From NCBI GenBank assembly GCA_013239625.1, contig MU056270.1, positions 1-64,000 on the forward strand: 64,000 bases of DNA, in the 5' to 3' direction. Each line of letters opens with the position of its first letter. The first letter of the stretch is position 1. Source of the DNA: Lama guanicoe (lineage: Eukaryota). The translations under genes were made by a program, and so were the position numbers. This document shows positions 22,551-34,948 of the stretch, one piece after another. Below the pieces are notes generated by a model. That model made no database searches and was not told where the DNA came from. It saw only the letters and a list, made by a program, of their open reading frames with translations.

Positions 22551-23273
22551 TGTATAGTATCATGTCATCTTCATATAGTGNNNNNNNNNNNNNNNNNNNN
22601 NNNNNNNNNNNNNNNNNNNNNNNNNNNNNNNNNNNNNNNNNNNNNNNNNNNNNNNNNNNNNNNNNNNNNNNNNNNNNNNNNNNNNNNNNNNNNNNNNNNN
22701 NNNNNNNNNNNNTTAGTGGGAAACTTTTGAGCTTTTCACCNNNNNNNNNNNNNNNNNNNNNNNNNNNNNNNNNNNNNNNNNNNNNNNNNNNNNNNNNNNN
22801 NNNNNNNNNNNNNNNNNNNNNNNNNNNNNNNNNNNNNNNNNNNNNNNNNNNNNNNNNNNNNNNNNNNNNNNNNNNNNNNNNNNNNNNNNNNNNNNNNNNN
22901 NNNNNNNNNNNNNNNNNNNNNNNNNNNNNNNNNNNNNNNNNNNNNNNNNNNNNNNNNNNNNNNNNNNNNNNNNNNNNNNNNNNNTGACCATGGTATATAA
23001 TCTTTTTTGTGTGCTGTGGTTGCCAGGGGGGATGGGGGTGGGAAGGGACAGACTGGGAGTTTGAAATTTGTAGATACTGACACGTATATATAGAATAGAT
23101 AAACAAGATTATACTATATAACACAGGGAAATATATACAAGATCTTATGGTAGTCCACGATGAAAAAGAATGTGACAATGAGTATATATTCATGTATAAC
23201 TGAAAAATTGTGTTCTACACTGGAAACTGACACAACATTGTAAACTGACTATAACTCAATTTAAGAAAAAAAA
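22551..23273 (+). mobile_element. Young lineage-specific L1 insertion with 5' inversion (inverted RT segment plus sense 3' UTR/poly-A)
   Basis: Perfect 16-bp TSD AAAAGTCCCCAGAAGA (22535-22550, 23274-23289); 22551-~23012 encodes HTKKIIYHG..GEKLKSFPL..LYEDDMILY on the minus strand; ~23013-23277 is sense L1 3' UTR plus poly-A. Confidence 0.9.
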
Positions 23274-23473
23274 AAAAGTCCCCAGAAGAGATCACCAGCT
23301 CCCGATGGAAGCCCTGGGAGCCTGTGGCTGCTGGGGCCTGGCTCTGTCTCTGAAGGTCCTGCTTTGGTTTCTGTTAGGACTGGAGCTGGACATGCTTGGG
23401 GGTCAAGCCATCAGAATGAAAGGATCAGCATGATAGGGGAACCAGCTACTTCTGCTCTGAAGACAGACCCAAA

Positions 23474-23660
23474 CAGGACCAGCTACATAATCTGCAGAGC
23501 CCAGAGCAAAATGAAAATGAGGGATTCCTTGTACAAAACTTAGTAAAAGATACTGTACAAAAAATATCAAGATGGTGACAGCAGGGCATTAAACCAAGGA
23601 TGGTGTCCTTCTGACCATGAGACCTTGTATGACCACCCAGGTCTCTCACAGGTGGAGGAG
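23474..23660 (-). mobile_element. MER45A (hAT-Tip100) DNA transposon
   Basis: CAGGACCAGCTACATAATCTGCAGAGCCCAGAGCAAAATGAAAATG...TCAAGATGGTGACAGCAGGGCATTAAACCAAG matches the reverse complement of recalled MER45A. Confidence 0.8.
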
Positions 23661-24290
23661 TACAATGTTCAGTCTGAACCACTCACAAGCCTGGGCGTCT
23701 CCAAGCTCTCCTGCCCCAGGGCCTGTGTACCTGCTGTCACTTCTACCTAGAACACCTTGAGCATCTTTTCCCCCTGCCGTGCCCCTCTTCCTTGTGGATG
23801 AGGGCCCAGACCTTTGTGCAGAATAGTGGATTAAGCCTATTTTTCATTTGTTTCTGTGTATGTATATACAAAACATACATTTATTGTTACAATAAAAATA
23901 TCCTTTAAGAAAAAGAACAATTTTGCCTTCACAGTTTGACCCTTATTTAAACCCTGTGGGCAGCTCAGTTGTGGATCATTCTGGGTGAGTGAGCCTTTGA
24001 GTCCCGGATGGGGAGTGAGGAGTTCCACCAGCAGAGTTCAGAGGAAGGCTGCTCTGCAGCGGGGCCTCGAGGAAAGCAGAACTTTCATAGAGAGGAATAA
24101 GCCAGCCTGCTGGGAAAAGGAAAAGACGGAACCTAAAGACTCACGATGGACCTGAACCCATCTTTGCTAGGGCTGGTGTGAGACAGTGGAGGCGGTGGTG
24201 CTACCTAGGGCGGAAGCAGCAAGGGAGCCAGGGAGACAGGTGGTTGATAAGTTGAGGTCAGTGTTACCTGCACAGCCAAGGGATGCTGCC

Positions 24291-24296
24291 GTGTGT

Positions 24297-24335
<39 letters not shown>

Positions 24336-24364
24336 CGTGCACGCACATGCACGTGTGCACACAT
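24291..24364. repeat. Compound (GT)n(GC)n microsatellite / alternating purine-pyrimidine tract
   Basis: GTGTGTGTGTATGTGT...GTGCGCGCGCGCGTGCACGCACATGCACGTGTGCACACAT. Confidence 0.95.
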
Positions 24365-24429
24365 TTATATGGAATCTGATCAGTTTTTGATGGAGGATGC
24401 TTGACAGTGAGGTGAGATGACGGTGTTAT

Positions 24430-24678
24430 TGTATCATGGTTGTGTGCTCTGGCTTCAGCATCAGACAGTTTAACTTCAAAGCATCGCCACTTTCTAACTG
24501 GGAGACCTTGGCAAGATTCTGGGCCTCAGTCTCTTCCTCTGTGAAATGAGCGTAATGATAGTACCCCCATTTTAGTCCTGCTCGTGTGTGGATTAACTGA
24601 ATTAATATATGTATTACGTTTAGGTGCCAGGAAAGTAAGTACATGGTAAGTACTCCATGAATGTCACCTATTATCACT
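24430..24678 (+). mobile_element. MIR SINE
   Basis: GACCTTGGCAAG..TCTGGGCCTCAGTCTCTTCCTCTGTGAAATGAG..TAATGATAGTACC core and ATGGTAAGTACTCCATGAATGT..CTATTAT 3' end. Confidence 0.8.
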
Positions 24679-25849
24679 GGGGCTAAACCACAACTACTGC
24701 TGGGCACGATTCCTAAGTCAAGTTATTGCCTCAGATAGCCATGGGGGTGGAGGGTTACACAATTTGTCTGTACTTTCTACCTTATGCATTTTTAAGAAGT
24801 GGAGCACCTTGGGGGCATTCCCACTGACGAATGACTCCTACACATGGGCAGAGCACGATTTCCCTAGAACGTTGTGACCAGTCTTCCAGATCGGCTGCAC
24901 TCAGAGGGGCACCTTGCACGTTTCAAAAAAATAACTTCCTTCATGAACATCTGCTGGGTTTTCCTTCCTCTCTCTCCTCTGTTTCCTTTTTCTCATACTT
25001 GAACTATTGAGCATATTAACAAGAGTGAAAAATTTTCCCCCGTCCCCTTTTTTAACTGCAACATGATTCAGCACACTTCTGATCATTCTTTTATTCTGGA
25101 TACACGGTTTTTCTTGACCTTTTTAGGGACCTAGTTCTACGTGCTTTTCCTATGTGACTTACTGTGATGCCGGAAATAGACTGATTAACTACAGCGTTGC
25201 TTTTTTTTTTTTCTTCTAAAACCACAGTCACATTGTGGGGTATTTGTCATTTACTTGACATCTTTGGGGTACTTTTTTTGTGATTTGTTAATCCAAAGCC
25301 AGGATTCAGAGGAAGTATAATTCTTATAAGGAGGTTAGTGGGATGCTGAGAGAAATGTTTAGGACCACAGTGCAATTCAGAGATAAAATTGGGATTTGAT
25401 CTCTAAAAAATTAATGCTTTGAATTTCATGCAAGAACAAAATATCAGCAAACAGAAGATGGCCCAGTTATTTCGCCATGTTGGAATTAAAACATGTATTA
25501 TCAGAAATCACATTCTCCTGCTCAGTCTGGGGTAGATGTTTAGCTGAGGCTTTCTGGGGTGCAGTAGCATGTGATGGGTAATGGGAAATACAACTCTGCT
25601 TTGTAGTGTCTTCTTCTGGGAGGGTGGCAGGGATCTTAATGGGAGAAAGGAACAAGAAGGATGTAATTGCTCCTGGAAACACGAAGATGGAACTGAGAAT
25701 TAGAGGACAATGAGGAATTACTGTTAAGGTTGTTGAGGATTACAGTGGCTTGTGGTGTCATTACCTAACAAAATACAAGGAGAGAAATGTCATATTGTTG
25801 GTAAATACCTAGTATTTGAAATATTTTAGCAAAAATAAAATAAATAGAT

Positions 25850-26262
25850 GAGAAGAATAAAGATGGAGGACTCACACTACCTGAGTTCAAGAATTACTAC
25901 AAAGCTATGATAATTAATACAATGTGGTATTGACCTAGAGATAGACAAATAGATCAATGGATTAGAATAGAGAGTCCATTCCGAAGTAGAACTGTACAAA
26001 TATGGTCCATTGACAATTGACAAAGGTGCATAAACTGTAGATGGAGAAAGAAGTCTTTTCTTTTCTTTTTTTTAACTGTATTTTTTTGTTTGTTTTTATT
26101 TTATTTTATTTTTTTAACATTTTTTATTGATTTATAATCATTTTACAATGTTGTGAGAAAGAAGTCTTTTCAGCGAACAGTGTTGAGATAATTTTACATC
26201 CACCTGCAGAAAGACTAGCCTTGACCCATACCTCATACATACACGTAAAACAAACGACAAAA
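25850..26262 (+). mobile_element. Old L1 ORF2 fragment
   Basis: GGAGGACTCACACTACCTGAGTTCAAGAATTACTACAAAGCTA (GGLTLPEFKNYYKA) ... ATAGATCAATGG. Confidence 0.8.
26061..26154 (-). mobile_element. Extremely 5'-truncated young L1 tail
   Basis: Perfect 17-bp TSD GAGAAAGAAGTCTTTTC (26044-26060, 26155-26171); insert reverse-complements to ACAACATTGTAAAATGATTATAAATCAATAAAAAA plus A-rich tail, like the L1 3' end at ~23230. Confidence 0.85.
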
Positions 26263-27252
26263 CCTCAGGAAGAAGAAACACCAACTTTTAACATTTGGTA
26301 TATGTCTTTGTAGTATTCTTCTATTCACATAAAATTGTATCAGTCTGTATATACTGTGTTTGTAACCAGTTTTGCTCTGTCACTTAACATTATGTAATTA
26401 ACACTTTCCCATTTCACTGAAAGGATCCTCTTGTCTCTTCACTGAAGGCCGTCCTCTGGATCTGGAACAGAGAGGGGCTAAAGGCAGGCTGTGCACGAAG
26501 AACTTGGGCCTCTTGGAATCCAGAGACATACTTGGTGGCCTCAGAACGAAGCACTCTGACCTCCAAAGACAGCCCCCAGAGCTGTCCTGGAGAGTCATGC
26601 ACCACACAAAGGGTCCTGGAGTAAAAGTCCCTGGAGAGAGAGCCGTACTTCATGAGTCGCCTGCTGCAACTGTGGGGCAAGAGCCTCTCTGAGAGTGTTT
26701 GGCCCTTTTTCCTTTGGCCACACTGCCTGTGTTTTCCAGACCGCAATACCCTGCGATGTCTGTGTCTGCTTGTTACCATCTTTAAAAAACCCCAAACCAC
26801 ATAAATTGTAGTAAACAAAGACATTTTGAATTCCACCCTTCAGGTTTGTTATCACATATAACAGTCATGTCCTGGGTGTAGGTTGCTTGATACTGATGAA
26901 TTCATTATGGGAAATGGTCATATGACTTCCTTCTGGAGGACAGGCCTGTGGGGGAGGGAGTGCTCTGACCTGAGTCCAGGGGACACAGATATATTTAGCC
27001 TTTCATAACCATGAGCTGCTGGGGTTGAGTCAGACCAATTCTGCTCCTCTGTGAAGTCCTCAGGCATCCCTTGATCTATTGAGGAGGTTCTATCCCCCGT
27101 CTCAGTTTCTCCACTTGAAAGTAAGACCCACTCCATGGGAACAGAGGCTGAACCACGTGTTTTTTTCACCTCTGTTTTCCAAGCATCAAACAGACTACCT
27201 GGCATCTGATGGGTATGAAATAGAAACTGTGCCAGATAGATGTGAAAAAAAT

Positions 27253-27548
27253 NNNNNNNNNNNNNNNNNNNNNNNNNNNNNNNNNNNNNNNNNNNNNNNN
27301 NNNNNNNNNNNNNNNNNNNNNNNNNNNNNNNNNNNNNNNNNNNNNNNNNNNNNNNNNNNNNNNNNNNNNNNNNNNNNNNNNNNNNNNNNNNNNNNNNNNN
27401 NNNNNNNNNNNNNNNNNNNNNNNNNNNNNNNNNNNNNNNNNNNNNNNNNNNNNNNNNNNNNNNNNNNNNNNNNNNNNNNNNNNNNNNNNNNNNNNNNNNN
27501 NNNNNNNNNNNNNNNNNNNNNNNNNNNNNNNNNNNNNNNNNNNNNNNN
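27253..27548. other. N run (296 nt)
   Basis: Run of N; right flank GTGTGAGATGGTA resembles antisense L1. Confidence 1.
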
Positions 27549-30500
27549 GTGTGAGATGGTACTGATTTGTTGGTCCTGTAGTTCAGTTACAGTGCTTTAT
27601 TGAAGCAATGTACCTAGGTGTCACTCTCATACACACCAAACATCAGGCTTCAGTTTAAGCAGTGTTGGCTCTCAGTCATGAGAGGAACCAGGTAATGAGC
27701 TCTCCTTTGATGTCTCTCTCTTCCTCAGGTTGCTCATTAAGCACATCACAACAACAAAAATATATGGCACAGTGCCTGCAGGCCCTTCCCTCCTTGCCAG
27801 GGGCTTCCAGCATGGCAGGATTTGTCTTTCAAGCCATCTGCATTTGCTCTTCGGGTCACACGCGTGTGTCCCTCTGGTCGGGTATCCAGCGTGGGCCAGC
27901 CGCATTTCAGCCCTTCGGTCAAGTGGTTCAGCCCAGCTATGCCACCACTGGCACCAACTCCCCTCCGGAGCCCAAACAGGCAGCCTCCTCCCTGCAGACT
28001 GAGCCTGTGCCCGCTGTGGCTGCCGGTGTGCTTCCTCCCTCACACAGGGAAGAGTCTACAAGGGATCCTAGGCAAAAGCAAAGAGACTAAGCCTTGGGGT
28101 CGCTTTACACCAGGCGTAGTGAGGTGAGGTGAGTCTCCCACTGGGCTTCTTAAAACGTTGAGACCCGTACAGACTCCCATGACAGTCCTGGCACGTCCCC
28201 TAGGGCTGCCACTGAAGGAGCCCTTATGTCAGGCCTTCTCAGGCAACACTCAAAAGATACTTGCTTCCAGTCCACCTCAGTGGAAGTTTACTGCGGGCTG
28301 AATGTGGCAGGTACCACGAACTGTGGCTTAAAAGGAATTTACAATTTAGTTAAGAAAAAAGGTGATGTGATTAGAGAATGCAAAATGTCCTCAGAAGGTG
28401 CGCTCCACTCCCTCCTCGTCCAAGGGGGAAGGAGTGTCTTTCTCTGCCTTCAGGTAGAGAGCCATCCAGCAACTCCTAAAGTTAATCTCTCTGTAAAAAA
28501 GGGAAAGTTAAAAAATGTAAAATGTAATGATGTCACACAGACAACTTATATCCATTCAAATATAAGTTGGAAACTGTTAATAAAATAAATTGGAACCACC
28601 TGCCGAAAAAAAAGAACCTTCAGGGATTTAGGCTCCAATTCCAACAGTCTGAAATTTAGTTGCAAATTTAGGAGTAAATAACAAAAGATCTCTGAACAGA
28701 AAAACAGACTCAACAAGGTTAATGCATCCTGCGTAAGTGAGCTCCACCCTCATCCAGTTCCAACAAGTGTAATATTCCTGCTTACTAGACAAAAACAGTT
28801 AACAGAAGATATTTAAAGAAAGAATGCTGCATGAGATAGAATGACTTAAAACAGACAGACAGCTGAAAGTGAAGAACTGTATAAAACTATTATAATATCA
28901 GGCACAAGAACTCAAAAGGCAGAACAATCTAAGACATTTTACTATTCAAGAAACCAGCCTTACACTTTCATGGCTCCTCAAAGTACAATACATTTCAAAC
29001 ATTACCCAATTTTCTAACGTAATATTCTATACATTTATAACAATTAGAATCCAAACAATTCTAGAGCCACTGTCTTTTCTCAACACGTGAAAGCCATATG
29101 GCCATACTAATAAAATGAGCCTGTAGCTTGCAACTCTTCCCAAACCACTGATCTGGCCCGGAGCGCAGGCCCCCTTGGTGGAGACCGAATCTCCCTTAGG
29201 ACACTGCTTTTGCCTGATTTCCCACACAGACCGCTGGAATCCAAAACAGGGAGAAAGATGGGTTGGGAGTGCTTTGTGTGAAAAGGTGGAGGAAGGGCTC
29301 GCCCAGAGAAGAAGGCCAGAGGAGAACTGATTTGCCACCAGAACAGGTTAAAGGCATTCTCTAATTAATTTGCTGCATCCAGTCAAATGGTGTCTATTCT
29401 TTATCAAACCCACTGAGGGAAGGGTTAGACCCCTTCATATCCCAAAGCACCTACTGACTGGGACATGGCAGACAATACATGCATTTTAAGCGTATGAAAC
29501 AATGAATGGATGATAGCCTTTCCCAAAGGAAGACAGCCACTGAGAGAGGAGCAGTCACCTTACCTCAGGGTGGGGATCTGGTTCCCCATGGCCTGCTTCC
29601 AGGACGTCCAAGCCGAGAGGTTGGAGGCCAGAAAGCCAGGCACAGAGCAGCATCTGAGAGCCTCTGGGAACCCCTGCACCCCATGTAGCAGGAATTTCTA
29701 GGGAAGCAACAGCTAATGATGAAGGGAGAGGAGAAGTGTCCATCCAGAACACTCAGTGTCAGCTGGTAGTGGCCTGGGAGAGAGAAAATACACTGGCTGT
29801 CAGAGGCGAGCTCATTCAGGTAAGGTACCTGCTTACATGGATGCTCCTACCAGAAAATCACTCAAGCCATAGGAAAAAAATAAACTGTGTTTCATTACCC
29901 CTGAGAGGCAAAAAGTATTCCATGCAGTTTAGAAAGAATGCCACCAAAATGAGTTAAGTTTTTTAAAAGAATTCATTATTTTCAAGGCAAGAAGTCTCCA
30001 CTATTTGGTAAATGCACTGACGTGCTAGATAAGTGGGGATTATTTCTTCCAAGCTGAAAGTTATTTCAACAGCTGATTAGATTTTTTGCAGTGAGACTCA
30101 GCATGCGGATAAGTCTTCCTGTTCAGTCTGATGTTAGAATATGTCCACATAGGCTTTCTGAATGTCCCAATCTTCAGATTCATAAACAATGAGAATGGTC
30201 TTCAGCTGCACCCCCCACAGGAAAACAGCTGTAATAACCAAGAGCAAAGGGCTGTATGACACATGGAGCCAGACAGCACAGCTGAAAGTAGGTTCTGCTT
30301 TTTAGATTCAGCTCATTGTTAAGCAGGCTGTCAGACTGGCAGGAGAAAGGAGCCAACTCAATAGCAAGGAAGATGGAGGTGGTATGTTTCCAAATTATCT
30401 GCTAGTCATCCAGATAGACCAGACTATTTCCAATATTTCTTGGAATCCTGTCTGAAATTCATGGTTCTAGGAAGTGTAGGAATTTCAGCCACTGATTATT

Positions 30501-30807
30501 CCTCAACAGACCAAACACAGTAGAAAAACAGCAGGCTGTGAAAAAAAAATACAACAAAAGGTTAAAATCCTTAAAAATAAAAAGCTCCTAAAAGTCATTA
30601 AGAAAAACAACTCAATTTTTAAAAAATGACAAAGGATATGAGTAGACAATTCACAGAAGAATTACAAATGGCTAATAAGGGTTTTTTAAAAGAGTCTCAA
30701 CCCCCCGAGAATCAGGGAAATACAAATCTGATAACAAGACAGGATTTCCACTTATTACATGAGCAAGGATTAGAAAGACTGCTGACTCCCACTTCTGTGG
30801 AGAATGC

Positions 30808-31436
30808 TGGGCTTTGCTTTTCTAAGCATGACTGACGACCATTTGTATCAGAACCTTTTGGTGGGTTTATTTAAAAGGCAATCACCTAAACTTGGAAACA
30901 ACAGGTGTCCTGCCACAGTTGAACTGACAAACTGTGGCATGTCCACACCAGGGAGCACTGCTCAGCGGTGAAAAGGAACGAGCTGTTAACACAGGCAACA
31001 GCTTGGATGAGTGTCAATGGCATATTCCGAGTGAAAGAAGACAGTCTCAAAAGGTCACATACTGTATGATTCCAGACTTGGAAAGAAAAAGATCGATACT
31101 GACAGAGAAAAGATTGGTGCTCACCAAGGGTTTGAGGTGGGAGAGGCTCCACAGCTGGAGGGAGCTTGTTGGGGTGATGGAAATCTTCTGTACCCTGGTT
31201 ATGGAGGCCACACAAAACTATGGCCTGTGTAGAATCCACAGAACTGAACACTCCATCTGCCCAAGAGTCAAACTTAACTGTGTGAAAATTTAAAAAACAA
31301 ACTCGCGAAAAAAGCATATACAGAGTCCACCTCCCTAACAATCAAAAGCTCTGGGCCGGTGGCGTTGAGCCAGTGAAATTTCCTGACAGCCTCCCAGTGA
31401 TTCTCGTGGACACCAAGTTTCGAGAATCGCTGGCCC
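30808..31436. mobile_element. MER5-like hAT-Charlie element split by an L1 3' end (30881-31313, + strand), inside older L1ME-like sequence
   Basis: Left half TTTCTAAGCATG...ATCAGAACC..TGGTGGGTTTATTTAAAAGGCA; right half CAGCCTCCCAGTGATTCTCGTGGACACCAAGTTTCGAGAATCGCTG; L1 UTR (AAAAGGAACGAGCTGTT...CAAAAGGTCACATACTGTATGATTCCA) between them. Confidence 0.65.
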
Positions 31437-34400
31437 TCATAATTATTCGTGTAAACATGGAAGAACACATTCTGGGGGGTAATTAGGAATATCTGTCAAA
31501 ATGTAGAATGTGCACATGCTATCACTTGGCAACCCATTTTTAGGAACTGACTGTGTGGATATACTCGGATATACTCATAGGAGTTTGTAAACGCAAGTAC
31601 AGACATGGTCTGCGGCAATGCACTAGTGAAAATTAAGAACAACCTCATCTTCTGTCAACAGCAAACAGCAAAATGTATTATGCTACAGCCATTCTGCGCA
31701 TTAGTCAGCGTGCAGTGGAGAAAGGGAACGTGCCTATAATTTCACGTACACATTCACATTCTGGTACACCTGGAAGGAAACAGACGTCAGTGAGCATGAT
31801 GCAAACCCAAGGAGCAACGTTACCTGCATCCACCCTGCCCAATGAAAACACGCGAATGAGTCGCCTTCGTTTAAACGGACAGGGAAATCTCACAGACAAA
31901 CCTGGCTGTGCGGTTGCTTCTGAGGAATCAGAGGGCCTGGCAGCCGGTGTGGCTCACACATTTCACTTTTCCTTCAGCACCGTTCTCCCATCCGTGTTGT
32001 CAGGTGCTGGAGGCCCTGTGGTCTGACCTACCTAACACGTTGCAGGCGGAGGTGGGGGGTGCTTCAAGTTTTGTTTGTTTTGTGCTTTTTTGTATGTGTA
32101 CCTGTATGACGTGAAATTGATATGAAAGTTCTAACAGAAAGATACAAATTAAATCAGGTGTAATGTTCTTACGACTATTGTCCTGCTGGGGCGTCTCTTC
32201 TGTGACGGGGCTTTACGTGTGTTGCGTCTAATCTCACAACCACCTTCGGGTGGATTTTGCTAACCCTCTACACAGACGAGGAAGCCGTGGTACAGGGAGC
32301 TTAAGTCCCTTGCCCAGGCTCCTGCCCCTCCGTCCAAGCAAAGGCACGAGCCCGGCTCCTTGTTCCCTGGGCTCCACCTACCTTCCAATGACACGGTTCT
32401 GAATTGACAAACCAACACGTAAAAACAAAATTCAGCCGCTATATAAGCATATTTCCACCATTTCGCCTTAATTAAGCAAGTACTTATTGACTGTATTCTC
32501 TGCAACAGAAGCCATCTGTTCATACATTATTTAAATATCCAAAATATTTGAAATGAACTCTGTCCATTCTGTTTTCCAGAGATCCTGGCTATGTCCCCAG
32601 CTGGCTCTGGGAGAGCTCTTCGCCTTGCCTGCAGCCCTCAGCCTTCTGCTTGGATCACCATTCTGATGGCTGGTTCCCTCGCTTACCAGCTGTGGAGCAT
32701 TTTGAATATCACTCTGGCTACATGGGTGTTTGCTTTGTAGCTGTCACTGACGTGTAACATCTCCCTTCTCCCCTCATCTCTGTTGCTAAGCCGTCTCTTG
32801 TTTCAAAGCATGGCTGTTGCTGTTCCTTCCATCTGAAATGACCTTCTTTTCTACTCTCTTGATCTCTCTAATGGCCTCAGTCTTCTGTCCCATCCTCCGG
32901 AAGCCTTCCCTGCCCAGCCACCTGGCATCCTGGGTGGTCTCAGGGTGCCCTAGGCTCACCTCTACCGCGGGCTGTTCTGCCACTGCTGTGAGCTTCCTGA
33001 GAGTGGGCCTGTGTCAGCATATCTTCCACAGACAGCACAACACCCGTCACCCACCGTGTGCCTGGTGCATGCTTCTCGACCCCGCGGGAGACTGCCCAGA
33101 TGAGCAGCACTCACAGCTGACTAGGCACATGGGAACAAGTCTGAGTCAGTGGACACGGGAGCCCAGACTCCAGGACTCCAGGACGTCCCTAACTCGGCAG
33201 TCTGAGGAGGGCCCAGCTCAAACCAGACAGGAGGAAGAGCAATCCCCGAAAAGCTCTTTCAGCTCCCCCACCTCCTGGCACCTGAACGGCCTCGCGTAAC
33301 GCGATTTCAGCCTTGTTCATGAGTTTGTTTCAGACAAACAGGGCGTACTAGCCCCACCCCCAACCTAAAACTAACACCCCTTCCAGCCACCACTCAGGAC
33401 AGGGGTGCCACCAAACAGTCCAGTCTAGAGTCAGAAGTGTAACTAGTGTCGGTGTTGTGAGACGGTTGCTTTTCTCCACAAAACATCTCCGTGATCTACA
33501 AGCCAGCACTGTGGCAGGCGGCTCTGCGGCAGCCCTCGTGGCACCTGAGACGCCAGCCCACTGCTCCCTGCCTCCCTCTTCCCCTGACGCCTCCCTAGCG
33601 TTGGTCCTAAATTCCCAGTTACCCTCAAGGATATTTTTCTGAAGTCAAATATCCTCTCATTGCCTCAAACTCCATGTGTCCAAACACAAAACGCAGTCTT
33701 CCCACTCAAAACACCGTCCCCACTGTCTGCAGTCTCCGGTCTTCCCGGCCTAGACCTTCGGCATAATCGTCCACTCACCGCCCCCCCTCCCCGGAGCTTT
33801 CTCTCCTGCGCGGTTAGTCACCAAGTCGTTGTACTGATGAGACTCTTCCTCCGTCGCAGCTCTTAGGTTTGCTCTGTCCTCCCTCATTTCCTCAGCCACC
33901 AGCCCGTCCTGGCTCCTCTTCACCGCCTGGCTCTGACCAGCAACGTCCCCTGGCGAGGCAGAGCTGAGATGCCACCCCAGGATTTTCCGTTGTTCTCCGA
34001 CCCCCTGGATTCACCACGTTACACTTCATGAAATGCCTCCAGCCTTCGCACCGCGCCTCCTGCCGCCCCGGGCCCTGGCACTGGGTGTTCCCGAGGAACG
34101 GCTGTCTGCTCTAGGAAGTGGTGAATGGAAACTCACGGCTGACCTTGTTTCACGTTTTGATCCCAGGCGAACCCAAGGGTTCTCGGCTTTGCAGGGGTCT
34201 GATGTAAGCTATCGAATCCCTCCTCAGAAGGATGAATAAACCCACAAAATGATGGCTATAATTTCAGGACCACAGGCCTCCTGAGGCCTTTCCATAATTT
34301 CCAGGTTAGGAAGTGCCGCTCCATCCTTGCATCCAGTCAAGAATGTTACTGTTGAATTAACCTTTCTGAAATATGTCGGGAATCAGTGTCAGAAATGCAT

Positions 34401-34744
34401 TCTCGAGTAGGTAGAGCACAGCCGACTTCTCCAGCCTGGAGCACGTGGCTCTTCACTGACTGACGGTTTGGCCCATCTGTGTGTGTTTCCTACTCCCCAG
34501 GAGAGAGTCAGGCCACTGCTACCACAGGGAGGTGTCATGCTTGGGGGTGATGGCCCCTGTCGCAGCACATTTCTGAGCAGAATGGCTACCAGCAGTGCCC
34601 TGAGCGAGTTGCCACACAGCCTCCTGGGGCCACGAGGCCACATTTGCTGTGGGGGCTGGCCGTGGGTCTCTGGGGATTCTCGCACAAGAGCTCACCCCTG
34701 TCAGTCAACGTTCTTCCTCCCTCCAACTGCTATGATCTTTACTC

Positions 34745-34948
34745 AATGTACGCTTCTTAGCAGGACCAACTGTGCCCCTGGGGACAAGTAGCAATATCTG
34801 AAGTCATTTTTGCTTGTCACAGCTGGGGAGTGCGCGCGACTGGAGAGGGCAAGGATGCTGCTTCGTACCCTGGAGCGTACAGGACAGCCCTCCCAGCAGA
34901 GAGCTTTCTAGCCCCAAACGTCAGTAAGGCCTAGGTTGAGAGGGCCTG
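34745..34948 (+). mobile_element. MER20 (hAT-Charlie)
   Basis: TGCCCCTGGGGACA..GCAATATCTGAAGTCATTTTTGCTTGTCACAGCTGGGG...GGATGCTGCT...CAGGACAGCCC...AACGTCAGTAAGGCCTAGGTTGAGA. Confidence 0.85.
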
